Source of the DNA: Alphaproteobacteria bacterium
GTDB taxonomy: Bacteria > Pseudomonadota > Alphaproteobacteria > Rickettsiales > UBA3002
DNA length: 64,000 bases
Assembly (NCBI GenBank): GCA_035911175.1
Contig: JAMHWA010000067.1
Location: forward strand, 22,784-86,783
Reading direction: 5' to 3'
The position numbers and the translations under genes are program-made. Below are positions 1-13,034 of the stretch, piece after piece; positions within the stretch are counted from its first letter, which is position 1; every line of letters starts with the position of its first letter. The notes beneath the pieces are model-generated. The model had not been told where the DNA came from, made no database searches, and saw nothing but the letters and a program-made list of their open reading frames with translations.

Positions 1-942
1 AACTGCTTGGGCCGCGTGCGTCACATAGGCAGGGCTGTGGCCAAAACGCCCTGAGGTAGTATTGATGCCAAAACCCGTACTCGATTCGTAGGGCTCTAAG
101 CTGATGGCGAGCACCGCCCCTTGTTTCATCAGGCGGGCAGCGCCAAGCATGGTGCTCTCAAGTGCGCCGATAAACTGCGCCACATTCACCGCCAACACCA
201 CGTCCGCGCTTGCTTCCTGCATCGTTGTCGGCAGCTGTGTAATGTCGGCTTCCACCAACGTATCAAATAATTTCTTGTCTGCATGCGTGGCTACATTTGC
301 CGCAGCAAGCATCGCGGGCACAAAATCAACGCCCGTAATACTGGCCGCCACCACACGCCATGGCCGCGCCACAATTCCCGTACCACAGCCCAAATCGAGC
401 ACCGCAGGTGCGGAATTGCTTACGAAGGGCTTAACCAACTCATAGGTAACTTTACCTGCTTGGTATTTTTCATTCGCTTCGTTGAGGTCGTAGCCTTGCG
501 CCACGGCAGCAAAATACCCTTCAATCATTTCTTTGGGCATGCGCGTAGGCCTCAAGCCATCCGGCAACACTTTCGGATCAATGCTTGCCAACATAAAGAT
601 AGCCGCTTGGTTGTTGGGCGTTTGCTTCAGCGCCTTCAACAACGCCTTCTTAGCTTCAGCATTGCGCCCCATGCGGAAATAGCAACTGCCCACATTCAGC
701 CATAGTAATGGGTAATCTGGTTGCAGATATTCGGTGACTCGGAAGCGAAATAGCGCATCTGTCCAGTGGCCTTGATTGGCAAACATAACCCCAAGGTCAA
801 AATTGGTTTTTGGCAGGTTTTTCAGTTTTTCCCGTGCTTGGTCTACCCACGCTTTGGGTTGGGCAATAAAGGTACCGCGCAGGCTGTCACCCGCCTCGCC
901 AACCATGCCTGAAAAGGATACTCTCTTGCGCTCTGGTTTCAT
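1..942 (-). CDS. TPR-like repeat fused to a class I SAM-dependent methyltransferase (C-terminus cut by window edge)
   Basis: My own minus-strand translation from the ATG at 942-940 (MKPERKRVSFSG...) stays open to position 1, so it is absent from the ORF track. A TPR-like stretch (NVGSCYFRMGRNAEAKKALLKAL) is followed by SAM motif I, VLDLGCGTG. Plus-strand ORFs 104-445 and 283-705 are its shadows. Confidence 0.7.
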   Translation of the reverse strand, partial: MKPERKRVSFSGMVGEAGDSLRGTFIAQPKAWVDQAREKLKNLPKTNFDLGVMFANQGHWTDALFRFRVTEYLQPDYPLLWLNVGSCYFRMGRNAEAKKALLKALKQTPNNQAAIFMLASIDPKVLPDGLRPTRMPKEMIEGYFAAVAQGYDLNEANEKYQAGKVTYELVKPFVSNSAPAVLDLGCGTGIVARPWRVVAASITGVDFVPAMLAAANVATHADKKLFDTLVEADITQLPTTMQEASADVVLAVNVAQFIGALESTMLGAARLMKQGAVLAISLEPYESSTGFGINTTSGRFGHSPAYVTHAAQAV

Positions 943-997
943 GAAGCCTACATTGCAGTTATATACGACAATTTAGCATGCACCGAAAGGCCGCGCA

Positions 998-1756
998 ATG
1001 CCCAGTACTGCCCACACGTCCCCCAGCACCACCATCGATGACGCGGAAGTCGCCCGTTTCTCGGCCATTGCCGATGAATGGTGGGACGAGCGCGGCAAAT
1101 TCGCGCCCTTGCACAAGCTCAATCCCGTGCGCATTTCCTACCTGCGCGACCAGCTAATCCGCCATTTTTCGCACGATGGCGCATCCGCCACACCGCTCAA
1201 CAATCTTTCGCTGGTCGATATTGGCTGCGGCGGCGGCTTGATTAGCGAACCGATGGCGCGCCTTGGGGCGAACGTAACGGGTATCGATGCCTCGCCCACC
1301 AATATTGCCGTGGCCAGCTTGCACGCCAAAAATGCTGGTGTAACCGTTGATTACCGCGCCACCACGGCCGAGCAGCTCGCGCTCGAGGGCAAGCAGTTCG
1401 ATATCGTTTTTGCCCTCGAAATCATCGAACATGTGGCGGATGTAAAGCTGTTTTACGACGCTATTACGGCGCTTGTGAAACCTAATGGCGTGCTTATCCT
1501 CTCCACCCTCAACCGCACCGCGAAATCCTATGCGCTGGGTATCATTGGCGCCGAGCATGTATTGCGCTGGCTACCTAAGGGCACGCATACATGGAGCAAA
1601 TTCATCAAACCTTCCGAAATGGCACGCGATCTTCGCCAGCGTGGCTTCGGCGTCGAGGATACGATGGGCATCACCTTTTCGCCGCTGGAGTGGAAATTCT
1701 CGCTCAACGCGAAGGATCTGGATGTGAACTACCTGATGGTGGCAACGAAAGCCTAA
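998..1756 (+). CDS. ubiG: Ubiquinone biosynthesis O-methyltransferase UbiG
   Basis: N-terminus ...EVARFSAIADEWWDERGKFAPLHKLNPVRISYLRD plus SAM motif VDIGCGGGL; typical UbiG length (252 aa). Confidence 0.9.
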   Translation: MPSTAHTSPSTTIDDAEVARFSAIADEWWDERGKFAPLHKLNPVRISYLRDQLIRHFSHDGASATPLNNLSLVDIGCGGGLISEPMARLGANVTGIDASPTNIAVASLHAKNAGVTVDYRATTAEQLALEGKQFDIVFALEIIEHVADVKLFYDAITALVKPNGVLILSTLNRTAKSYALGIIGAEHVLRWLPKGTHTWSKFIKPSEMARDLRQRGFGVEDTMGITFSPLEWKFSLNAKDLDVNYLMVATKA

Positions 1757-1758
1757 GC

Positions 1759-2568
1759 TTACGCAATAGGCTTGCGGTGCGCCAGTACGGGGATTTGTGC
1801 CCGCACCGCCGCCATTTTTTCTCCATCAAACTCGGCCATAATCACCTGCGGCGCATCGCCCGAAGCCTCGGCAATCACTTCACCCCATGGGTCAATGATC
1901 AGGCTATGACCATAGGTCTCCCTCCCGCCAGGGTGGGTGCCGCATTGTGCGGGGGCAATCACATAGCAGGCATTTTCAATCGCCCGCGCCTTCAGCAGCG
2001 TGTGCCAATGCGCCGCGCCCGTGGGTCGTGTGAAGGCCGCGGGCACCGCCAGCAGGGTTGCGCCTTGGCGTGATAATTCCTGATAAAGCGCTGGAAAGCG
2101 TACATCGTAGCAAATACTCATGCCCAATTTTGCTGCACCTGCCATCACCGCTACTGCGCCAGTGCCCGCCATCGCCTGCGAGGATTCGCGGTAATTCTGC
2201 CCATTGGGCAAGGTGACATCGAACAGATGGATTTTGTCATACGCCGCGACAATTTCACCCATTGGCGATAACAAAATGCTGCGGTTGAATGGCTTGTCGT
2301 TCTGATCCTCCAGCGCGCGGATGGAGCCAATAAGCAGCCACACACCGTGCTGCTTCGCTGCTGTCTTGGCATAGGCCACCCCTGCGTGGTTTTCCATTGC
2401 CACATCCGCCATCGCAGCCGTTCCCTCGCGGCGCATATAGAACGTATTCTCTGGCGTGGCGATGAGCTCTGCGCCAAGCGCTTTTGCCTCCGCAATTAAC
2501 GGCCCCAGCGCGGCGATATTCGCCGCCATGTCGTCACCACTTGTCATCTGGATTGCTGCTAATTTCAT
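1759..2568 (-). CDS. Carbon-nitrogen hydrolase family protein (nitrilase/omega-amidase-like)
   Basis: 269 aa. Has the catalytic Glu context (LIATPENTF) and the Cys context (LGMSICYDVRFP) typical of CN hydrolases. Confidence 0.85.
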   Translation of the reverse strand: MKLAAIQMTSGDDMAANIAALGPLIAEAKALGAELIATPENTFYMRREGTAAMADVAMENHAGVAYAKTAAKQHGVWLLIGSIRALEDQNDKPFNRSILLSPMGEIVAAYDKIHLFDVTLPNGQNYRESSQAMAGTGAVAVMAGAAKLGMSICYDVRFPALYQELSRQGATLLAVPAAFTRPTGAAHWHTLLKARAIENACYVIAPAQCGTHPGGRETYGHSLIIDPWGEVIAEASGDAPQVIMAEFDGEKMAAVRAQIPVLAHRKPIA

Positions 2569-2587
2569 GCGCTGTAAAACCTAATGT

Positions 2588-3346
2588 TTATTCTTTCACC
2601 GTGCGCGCCAAGGCTAGCACGCGCACTTCCTTCGCGCCAGCCTTCTTTAGCGCCGTGGCGCAGGCATTGGCCGTCGCCCCTGTCGTCACCACATCATCCA
2701 CCAGCACGACGATTTTGTTGCGCAGCATTTCCTGTGCCGCTTCAGGCACCGCGAAGGCATGTTTCACATTCTTCAACCGCTGTTCACGCGTCATGCGCAT
2801 TTGGGGTTTGGTATAAATCGTTCGCTGCAGCATTTCAGGCGCACAAGGGATGTCGGTCTCCCGCGCGATGCCATAGGAAAGCAGCGCCGATTGGTTGAAT
2901 TTCCGCCGCAGCAATCGCCGCCAATGCAGTGGCACGGGCACCAGCAACTCCGCCCCCTCAAGCGCAGGCTTGCCCGCCCGCAGCATGAGTTGCACATAAC
3001 GTTCGAGGCTTGCCCATTGGTCGTTGAACTTCAACGCAGTCACCAGTGGCGCACTCACGCCGTCATAGACCAATGCAGCACGCGCCACATCATACGCAGG
3101 CGGTGCATCCAAACAATCAGGGCAGCGCGTATCGGCATCTACCGCAATCACAAACGGAATGCCGCAACAGGCGCACATGGGCGCATCAATCATCCGCAAT
3201 TTCTGGAAGCATGGCGCACAAAAATTGCCATCCGCCGCGACATACTCTTGGCACGAAGGGCAGCGCGGCGGGTAGACCATATCCACCACCAGCCGCAACA
3301 ACCCGCGCGCGGCCTGCGTTCCGGCTGATTGCCCCAAATTCACCAT
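2588..3346 (-). CDS. comF: ComF-family phosphoribosyltransferase-like protein
   Basis: N-terminal Cys pairs (CPSC...CAPC, CACCG...CPDC) and a C-terminal PRTase motif, VVLVDDVVTTGAT. Confidence 0.8.
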   Translation of the reverse strand: MVNLGQSAGTQAARGLLRLVVDMVYPPRCPSCQEYVAADGNFCAPCFQKLRMIDAPMCACCGIPFVIAVDADTRCPDCLDAPPAYDVARAALVYDGVSAPLVTALKFNDQWASLERYVQLMLRAGKPALEGAELLVPVPLHWRRLLRRKFNQSALLSYGIARETDIPCAPEMLQRTIYTKPQMRMTREQRLKNVKHAFAVPEAAQEMLRNKIVVLVDDVVTTGATANACATALKKAGAKEVRVLALARTVKE

Positions 3347-3398
3347 GCATTCCTCATTTTTCTAGGCACTGCGTCCAAACTTCGCTAAAGCGTTTCGC

Positions 3399-4235
3399 AT
3401 GGAAACCGCCCCGCCCATTCTGTTCGACCGCGCCCGATTACGCAAGCGCCGCGCGCGCGCCGCCACCCATTTTGCGCAGCATGATTTTTTGTGGCACGAA
3501 GCAGCCGCGCGCACACAGGAAACGTTTTCCTACATCAATCGTGATTTTCAACGCGTGCTGGCCTTTGGTGGCCATGCCCTCACACTTCCCACCTCCACCA
3601 TCACCCATGCTGCACTTACCCCAACTGGCATTCTGCCGCAGGTGATTGCGGATGAAGAATGGCTGCCCTTCGCCGATGATAGTTTCGATGCCGTCATCAG
3701 CCTACTCACCTTGCAATGGGTGAACGATTTGCCTGGTGCCCTCGCCCAAATCCGTCGCGTGTTAAAGCCCGATGGCTTGTTCTTTGCCATCCTCCCTGGG
3801 GGTGAAACCTTACGCGAATTGCGCGGCGTGTTTGCGCATGTCGAGGCTACGCGCACGGGCGGCATCAGCCCACGTGTTGCACCGTTTTTGGATGTGCGTG
3901 ATGGCGGCGCCTTGCTGCAACGCGCAGGCTTTGCCCTACCCGTTGCAGACAGCGAGATATTCGATGTTTCGTACGAGAATCTCTTCACCTTAATGGCTGA
4001 TTTGCGGGGGGCAGGCGAAACCAATATGCTGCACGCTCAGGCGCAGCATTTTACCCCGCGCGAATTCTTCACCGATGCCGCCGCGCACTATGCTGCACAC
4101 CATGGCGACACTGAAGGACGCATTCCTGCCACGGTGGAATTCATCACCCTCACCGGTTGGAAACCCGCAAGCAACCAACAACAGCCTGCACGCCGCGGCA
4201 GTGGCACCATATCGCTGAAGGACGTATTAAACTAA
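3399..4235 (+). CDS. SAM-dependent methyltransferase (BioC-like, type 11 domain)
   Basis: FDAVISLLTLQWVNDLPGALAQIRRVLKPDGLFF is typical of Methyltransf_11. Its 3' end overlaps the convergent mutT by 4 nt. Confidence 0.65.
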   Translation: METAPPILFDRARLRKRRARAATHFAQHDFLWHEAAARTQETFSYINRDFQRVLAFGGHALTLPTSTITHAALTPTGILPQVIADEEWLPFADDSFDAVISLLTLQWVNDLPGALAQIRRVLKPDGLFFAILPGGETLRELRGVFAHVEATRTGGISPRVAPFLDVRDGGALLQRAGFALPVADSEIFDVSYENLFTLMADLRGAGETNMLHAQAQHFTPREFFTDAAAHYAAHHGDTEGRIPATVEFITLTGWKPASNQQQPARRGSGTISLKDVLN

Positions 4236-4636
4236 ACGTGAATGCTATCCATCAGCGCTGCTACCAGAGGCACATCGGCAGGTGGCATAGGCAATGATGC
4301 CATCTCGCGTGGGAATTTCCATGTCAGGTTCTGGCCTTCAAGTCCGCGTGGAATCCCTTCCCATTTGCGGCACACATAGAGCAGCATCAGCAAATGAAAA
4401 TCCTCATACTGGTGGCTTACAAAGGTCAGCGGGCTAGCGCAGCGCTCACAGATTTCGACACCCAATTCCTCACGCATTTCTCTGAACAGTGCCGCTTCAG
4501 GCAATTCGCCCGCCTCAATCTTTCCACCCGGAAACTCCCACAGCCCTGCCATGGATTTCCCCTCGGGCCGCTGGGTGAGCAGCACGCGCCCATCCGCATC
4601 GAACAGCGCCACCGCAACCACAAGAACTGTTTTCAT
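4232..4636 (-). CDS. mutT: Nudix hydrolase, MutT-type (8-oxo-dGTP diphosphatase-like)
   Basis: Nudix box: GLWEFPGGKIEAGELPEAALFREMREELGV. Confidence 0.85.
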   Translation of the reverse strand: MKTVLVVAVALFDADGRVLLTQRPEGKSMAGLWEFPGGKIEAGELPEAALFREMREELGVEICERCASPLTFVSHQYEDFHLLMLLYVCRKWEGIPRGLEGQNLTWKFPREMASLPMPPADVPLVAALMDSIHV

Positions 4637-5862
4637 GACCTATAATCGGCGTTGATGTCGATATAGCCGTGGGTGAGATCACAACTCCACACTGTCGCTG
4701 TGCCGCTGCCAATGCCAATATTCACATCAATCCGAATATCGCGCGTTTTCATGTGTGCCGCAATCGGCGCTTCGTCATACCCCTCGACGCGCTCGCCATC
4801 TCGTGCAATCACTACGCCACCCATGGCAATGGTCAGTTTATCGCGATCCACTAGCTCGCCACTTTTGCCGACAGCGGCCACCACGCGGCCCCAATTGGCA
4901 TCCTCGCCCGCAATGGCAGTTTTCACGAGCGGAGAGTTACCAATGCACAAACCAATCTTGCGTGCCGCATCGTCAGACTCGGCGCCTTTCACCGTGATCG
5001 TTATCAACTTTTGTGCACCCTCGCCATCCATCGCCACCAGCTTGGCTAGCTCGATCATCAGGCTATCCAGCTCCGCTTGGAATGCGGCAAATTCAGGCGT
5101 ATTCTGTGCAATGGCTGCACCCGATTTACCTGTTGCAAACAGTAACGCGGTATCACTCGTCGAGGTGTCGCCATCGACCGTAATGCTGTTGAAACTTTTT
5201 GCATTACTGGTGCGCAGCATTGCTTGCAGCACGGGCGCCGCAATGTGGGCATCCGTAAAAATAAATGCCAGCATCGTTGCCATGTCGGGCGCTATCATGC
5301 CCGAGCCTTTGGCGATGCCGTTGATTGTCACCGTTTTGCCGCCGATAGTGAGTGTGCGCGTGGCGGCTTTAGGAAACGTATCGGTGGTCATAATCGCTGC
5401 CGCAGCATCCGCCCAGCCATGAGGACGCAGGCTTGCCTTCAACGCAGGCAATGCTGACGCAATCTTGGTGTGGTCGAGTGGTTCGCCAATTACGCCTGTC
5501 GAGGCAAGATAAATTGCATTATCGTTGCAATCAAGACTCGTGCGAGCGGCACCCACTGTGCCTTCCACAGCCATCACGCCGCGCTTGCCCGTGAAGGCAT
5601 TGGCGTTACCAGAGTTGACAATAAGCGCTCGCGCGGTGCCCGCATTCAGAATGCTGCGGCACCAATCCACAGGCGCACTAGGCGCCTTGCTGCGGGTGAA
5701 AACACCAGCCGCTGTTGTGCCTTCCTCCAGCGTCACTAGCAGCACATCGGTGCGGTTGGCATAACGAATCCCCGCCATGGCCGTGGCAATATTCACCCCC
5801 GCAATTGGTGGCAAGAAGGGAAGTGCCTCAGGGGCTAGCGGCGAACGAGCGTATTTACCCAT
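4633..5862 (-). CDS. argJ: Bifunctional glutamate N-acetyltransferase / amino-acid acetyltransferase ArgJ
   Basis: 409 aa with the autoproteolytic site context ATMLAFIFTDA and full-length ArgJ-like sequence. Confidence 0.92.
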   Translation of the reverse strand: MGKYARSPLAPEALPFLPPIAGVNIATAMAGIRYANRTDVLLVTLEEGTTAAGVFTRSKAPSAPVDWCRSILNAGTARALIVNSGNANAFTGKRGVMAVEGTVGAARTSLDCNDNAIYLASTGVIGEPLDHTKIASALPALKASLRPHGWADAAAAIMTTDTFPKAATRTLTIGGKTVTINGIAKGSGMIAPDMATMLAFIFTDAHIAAPVLQAMLRTSNAKSFNSITVDGDTSTSDTALLFATGKSGAAIAQNTPEFAAFQAELDSLMIELAKLVAMDGEGAQKLITITVKGAESDDAARKIGLCIGNSPLVKTAIAGEDANWGRVVAAVGKSGELVDRDKLTIAMGGVVIARDGERVEGYDEAPIAAHMKTRDIRIDVNIGIGSGTATVWSCDLTHGYIDINADYRS

Positions 5863-6761
5863 TAGTTTGCTTTAGGTGCAGTTGCTGGCTTTGCTTCGGA
5901 CGCAGGGGCCGCTTTTTGCTCGGGCAGGTTTTTGTCGAAAGGAATTTCTTTGCCCTTGGCATCGAACACTTTCACATCTGCCGATTTGACAAGACCACCA
6001 ATGTAATCATTCAGTTTCTTGTCCTGCAGCTTGGCGCGCAGCTGCTCTTTCATTTCGGCATAGGCTGGGATAGTGACTTTACGCGTATCCTCCACCTTGA
6101 TGATGTGGTAGCCAAAGGTCGATTTCACAGGGCCCGACACTTCACCCTTTTTCAGGATAAAGGCAGCATTCGCAAATTCGGGCACCATTTTATCCTTGGT
6201 GAAATAGCCCAAATCACCACCGCTTTTTGCAGATCCCGCGTCTTTCGAGAAATCCTTGGCCACATCCTCAAAGAGCTTACCGGCATCCAGTTTTTTCTTG
6301 GCTTCCTTAGCGTCCGCTTCAGTGGCGAGCAGGATGTGGCGCGCACGCACTTCTTTTTCATCCTTAGAAGCAGCGGCAAGCGCATCATATTCTTTCTTGA
6401 GATCAGCCTCGGAAATCATATCGGCCGTCTTGGTGTCCAAAAAGGTGCGCACCACTAACTTGTTTTTCACGTCCGCCAGCTCGCGCTGCACTTTCTCGGA
6501 TTTATCGACCCCTTGCTTCACAGCTTCGGCGTAGAGGATTTTTTCGGCCATTGCCCCGCGCAGCAAGCGCTCTTTCATATCGGGCTTCACACTATCAAAC
6601 GCAGGGGCTTGGCCTTCGGGGAACAACCCCTCCCACATACGCTGCATATCCGAGGAGCTGATATCCTGCCCGTTGACCTTCATCATCACATATTCATCCG
6701 CCAGCGCGGGAGCCGAAAAAGCAAGCAGAGCAATCAGCGAAACAGCATGGGTAAAACGCAT
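5862..6761 (-). CDS. Secreted parvulin-type peptidyl-prolyl isomerase (SurA/PrsA-like)
   Basis: Parvulin domain: VRARHILL...GGDLGYF...[11 protein letters not shown] prefer the start at 6761 ([21 protein letters not shown] signal peptide, AAGGA 8 nt upstream). The ORF track start at 6794 is the alternative. Confidence 0.8.
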   Translation of the reverse strand: MRFTHAVSLIALLAFSAPALADEYVMMKVNGQDISSSDMQRMWEGLFPEGQAPAFDSVKPDMKERLLRGAMAEKILYAEAVKQGVDKSEKVQRELADVKNKLVVRTFLDTKTADMISEADLKKEYDALAAASKDEKEVRARHILLATEADAKEAKKKLDAGKLFEDVAKDFSKDAGSAKSGGDLGYFTKDKMVPEFANAAFILKKGEVSGPVKSTFGYHIIKVEDTRKVTIPAYAEMKEQLRAKLQDKKLNDYIGGLVKSADVKVFDAKGKEIPFDKNLPEQKAAPASEAKPATAPKAN

Positions 6762-6918
6762 GGAAACCATCCTTTTAGTGGGGTTAGAATTCATGGGAGT
6801 GAATTGCCATAATTTGACCCAAGGCGCAAGGCAGTTATTCTTGGGCGGTGCGGTTGACAGGGCAGCCCATCCGCCCTATGTATCCGCCCATATTTCTCAT
6901 ACGTTAGAATGGATGCCC

Positions 6919-9650
<2,732 letters not shown>

Positions 9651-9654
<4 letters not shown>

Positions 9655-9908
9655 GCGGCCTTGCGCGCCTTGAGTGCCTTGATAATGCCATAGACGCTAA
9701 TTGCGCCCCAGCACGATTCAAGGATGAACACGGGTAGGTTAAAATCCTTGGTCAATGAAATCAGCAGTGCCACCGCACCCAGCAAATTCATCACCTGAAA
9801 GCGCAAACTTTCCGCCTGCCATTTGCCCATGGAAATCATCGCATACGCGAACAAGAACATCACCGGCGCGGTGAGGCCAATCACATCAATAAACGTCACT
9901 TCCATCAT
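9651..9908 (-). CDS. Small 3-TM membrane protein (downstream paralog)
   Basis: About 85 aa with three hydrophobic segments. Paralogous to the adjacent upstream ORF. The start (ATGATG at 9908/9905) overlaps the upstream stop. Confidence 0.6.
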
Positions 9909-10153
9909 GTCCTCCTCAGGCGGTAAATACGAACAAGCCCCGCCACACCAATCAGCAACCATGCCACGTTGGTGACAAACGATGCCAGATTCCACTGCGC
10001 GGTGAGCGAAATCAAAATCCCCGAAGTGCCCAGAATATTGATAATCTGGTAGCGCGCCTCACTGGCCTTCATGCGCCCCGATGTTACCATGCCATAGGCA
10101 ATCAGGTTAATGATGACGCCAGCGATACCGATCGCAGTTGCAAGCATTGCCAC
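9905..10153 (-). CDS. Small 3-TM membrane protein (upstream paralog)
   Basis: 82 aa with three hydrophobic segments and a C-terminal basic tail (RIYRLRRT). Same architecture as 9651-9908. Confidence 0.6.
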   Translation of the reverse strand: MAMLATAIGIAGVIINLIAYGMVTSGRMKASEARYQIINILGTSGILISLTAQWNLASFVTNVAWLLIGVAGLVRIYRLRRT

Positions 10154-10156
10154 GTG

Positions 10157-11992
10157 TTACGCCGCTGCTTCTTTGTTTTTTTCTTCCTCAAGCAGCTGCT
10201 TCGCTTTGGGCGAAAGCTGAATATTCAGCTCGCGCAAATGCTTGTCGCCCGCCACGTTGGGGGCTTGCATCAACAAATCTTGCGCTTGCTGGTTCATCGG
10301 GAAGCAAATCACCTCGCGGATGTTTGGCTCGTTCGCAATCAGCATCACCATGCGATCAACGCCTGGGGCCAAGCCACCGTGCGGCGGTGCGCCGTAATGG
10401 AAGGCGTTGAACAGTGCAGCAAATTTACCTTCCACATCGGCCTTCGTGTAGCCCGCAATTTCAAACGCGCGCAGCATAATCTCGGGCTTGTGGTTACGAA
10501 TCGCACCCGAGGATAGCTCCACTCCGTTGCACACAATGTCATACTGGAAGGCTTTAATGTTGAGCAAATCCTCGTCGCTCTTCGCGTTGTTTAGCGCCTC
10601 CAGACCGCCTTGAGGCATGCTGAACGGGTTGTGTGAGAAGTCGATCTTGTTCTCGTCCGCGTTCCATTCGTAATAGGGGAAATCCACCACCCAGCAGAAT
10701 TTATATTCGCCATCCTTAATGAGGCCAAGCTGGTTCGCCACTTCGGTGCGCACTTTGCCCGCCATCGTTTCCGCCTCAAGCTTTGGCCCGCTGGTGAAGA
10801 ACACCGCGTCACCATTCTTCAGGCCTGCCTTGGTTTTTAGCTCCTCAAGTTTCTCAGGGCTGAGGAATTTGGCAATCGGTCCTTTGGGGGCGCCGTCTTC
10901 ACCAAAGCCAATATAGGCTAAGCCCTTCGCGCCGTGTGACTTGGCAAATTCGATCATGTTGTCGAAGAAGCTGCGCGGTTTATCCGCACATCCAGGAGCG
11001 GGAATCGCGCGGATTTTGCCGCCCGCTGCCAGCACTTGTTTAAAGATGGCAAACTCCGATTCACGCCACACGCTGCATACACTTGCGATCAAAATCGGAT
11101 TACGCAAATCGGGCTTGTCGGTGCCGTATTTCTTCATCGCATCGTCATAGGTAATGCGTGGGAACGTGCCATCCGCATTGGCTACGATTTTCCAATCGCT
11201 GAACTCGGCAAACACACCCGCGAGCACGGGCTCAATCGCCGCAAACACATCTTCCTGCGTCACAAAGCTCATCTCGATATCGAGCTGGTAGAACTCACCC
11301 GGCGACCGATCCGCACGCGCATCTTCATCGCGGAAGCACGGCGCAATTTGGAAATAACGGTCAAAACCACTCACCATGAGGAGTTGCTTAAACATTTGCG
11401 GCGCTTGCGGCAGCGCATAGAATTTCCCTGGGTGCACGCGGCTTGGCACAAGGTAATCCCGTGCGCCTTCAGGGCTTGATGCCGTCAAAATCGGCGTTTG
11501 GTATTCGAGGAAGCCTTGCTCCGTCATGCGGCGACGCAGGCTCGAAATTACCTTGCTGCGCAACACGATGTTTTTGTGCAATTTCTCGCGACGCAAATCG
11601 AGAAAGCGATAGGTCAAGCGTGTCGCCTCGGGGAATTCCACGTCACTATTCACTTGCAGTGGCAACACATCCGCCACCGATTCAATATGCAGTGCTTTTG
11701 CTGCAATCTCAATTTCCCCCGTTGGCAAATCGCGGTTCACCGCCTCGTTCGCCCGTGCAACCACAATGCCGCTAATGGTCACTACCGATTCATTCTTGAG
11801 TTTGGATAGCGCATCGAACAGCCCGCTCGCGCTATCGGCCACCACTTGCGTAATGCCGTAATGGTCGCGAAGATCAAGAAACGCCAACTGGCCATGGTCG
11901 CGCACGCGGTGTACCCAGCCCGAGAGTTTGACTTCCTGCCCGACATGGGCAGTGCGTAGTTCGTTACACGTATGGGTGCGATAAGCATGCAT
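10157..11992 (-). CDS. aspS: Aspartate--tRNA ligase
   Basis: [13 protein letters not shown]... N-terminus and class II motifs ([19 protein letters not shown]). Start taken at the ATG at 11992, which is M21 of the ORF-track ORF. Confidence 0.95.
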   Translation of the reverse strand: MHAYRTHTCNELRTAHVGQEVKLSGWVHRVRDHGQLAFLDLRDHYGITQVVADSASGLFDALSKLKNESVVTISGIVVARANEAVNRDLPTGEIEIAAKALHIESVADVLPLQVNSDVEFPEATRLTYRFLDLRREKLHKNIVLRSKVISSLRRRMTEQGFLEYQTPILTASSPEGARDYLVPSRVHPGKFYALPQAPQMFKQLLMVSGFDRYFQIAPCFRDEDARADRSPGEFYQLDIEMSFVTQEDVFAAIEPVLAGVFAEFSDWKIVANADGTFPRITYDDAMKKYGTDKPDLRNPILIASVCSVWRESEFAIFKQVLAAGGKIRAIPAPGCADKPRSFFDNMIEFAKSHGAKGLAYIGFGEDGAPKGPIAKFLSPEKLEELKTKAGLKNGDAVFFTSGPKLEAETMAGKVRTEVANQLGLIKDGEYKFCWVVDFPYYEWNADENKIDFSHNPFSMPQGGLEALNNAKSDEDLLNIKAFQYDIVCNGVELSSGAIRNHKPEIMLRAFEIAGYTKADVEGKFAALFNAFHYGAPPHGGLAPGVDRMVMLIANEPNIREVICFPMNQQAQDLLMQAPNVAGDKHLRELNIQLSPKAKQLLEEEKNKEAAA

Positions 11993-12039
11993 AGCGATTA
12001 TCCTTATGTTTCTGAATGGGCGTGATATAACGAGACCCC

Positions 12040-12294
12040 ATGGAAAAAGCAAAAGAAATGCTCATTTTAAGCGGCAAACTCGCCCTCAAGGTCACCCCCC
12101 GCGCCCGATCCGAAGGGGTGGAGGGCATGAACGATGCGGGTGAGCTGGTGGTGAAAGTGCGCGCAGCCCCCGAAGATGGCAAGGCCAATGATGCCGTAAT
12201 TGCCGTCATTTCCGAGGCGTTTTGCATCCCCAAATCACGGCTTGAAATCGCGCGCGGGGCACAATCGCGGCATAAAATCATTGCCTATCGCTAG
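12040..12294 (+). CDS. DUF167 (YggU-like) protein
   Basis: 84 aa. V.V.P.A....V.G......L.V.V.APP.DGKAN pattern ([14 protein letters not shown]...[16 protein letters not shown]). Confidence 0.75.
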   Translation: MEKAKEMLILSGKLALKVTPRARSEGVEGMNDAGELVVKVRAAPEDGKANDAVIAVISEAFCIPKSRLEIARGAQSRHKIIAYR

Positions 12295-12921
12295 CTACTG
12301 CGCGAACGCCAACACACCATCACCCACGATTTGAATAGCCAGCGCCGCCAGCAACAATCCCAGCAGCCGAGAAAAGACAATGCGGCCTGTATTCCCTAAG
12401 ACACGCTCAAAATAATTTGCTGATAGAAAACTGATAAGGCAGCACCCAATCACTGCTGCCAACACCGCCAAGAGGGCTAATTGATTCAGCATATTACCGC
12501 TAGCATTGCTAGCTTGCAAAATGGTTGCCGTAATCGCCCCGGGGCCCGCCATCAGCGGAATAGCGAGGGGGAAAACAGCAATATTTTTGGGGTGGTCATG
12601 CTCGATTGTTTCTTCCGCCGCGTGCGATTTGCGTGGCTCACGTTTTTCAAACACCATTTCAAACGCGATGTAAAAAAGAAGCAACCCTCCCGCAATACGA
12701 AAGGCTGGCATGCTGATACTCAACGATTCCAGAACCGCCTTACCCGCCAACGCGGCAGCCGCCAAAATGACAAACGCGACAATCACCGCCCTATACGCCG
12801 TCGCCTTGCGGTCGTTCAGGCTCATATGCCCCGTTAGGCCCAAAAAAATGGCAATCAACCCTGGTGGGTCGAGCGCCACAAACAAGGTAATGAATGCATT
12901 CTTGATAAACTCTAAATCCAT
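12295..12921 (-). CDS. MarC-family (UPF0056) integral membrane protein
   Basis: 208 aa, six hydrophobic segments, N-terminus FITLFVALDPPG typical of the MarC family. Confidence 0.85.
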   Translation of the reverse strand: MDLEFIKNAFITLFVALDPPGLIAIFLGLTGHMSLNDRKATAYRAVIVAFVILAAAALAGKAVLESLSISMPAFRIAGGLLLFYIAFEMVFEKREPRKSHAAEETIEHDHPKNIAVFPLAIPLMAGPGAITATILQASNASGNMLNQLALLAVLAAVIGCCLISFLSANYFERVLGNTGRIVFSRLLGLLLAALAIQIVGDGVLAFAQ

Positions 12922-13034
12922 GCAGTTCTCTTAGAAGAAATAGCCAACGAATCAACTCATTTACTAAAGCGGCAACGCGGCTCTGCCCATAAAACCATTG
13001 CGCCCCACCCTTTGCTTGCTGTACTAACCCCCCC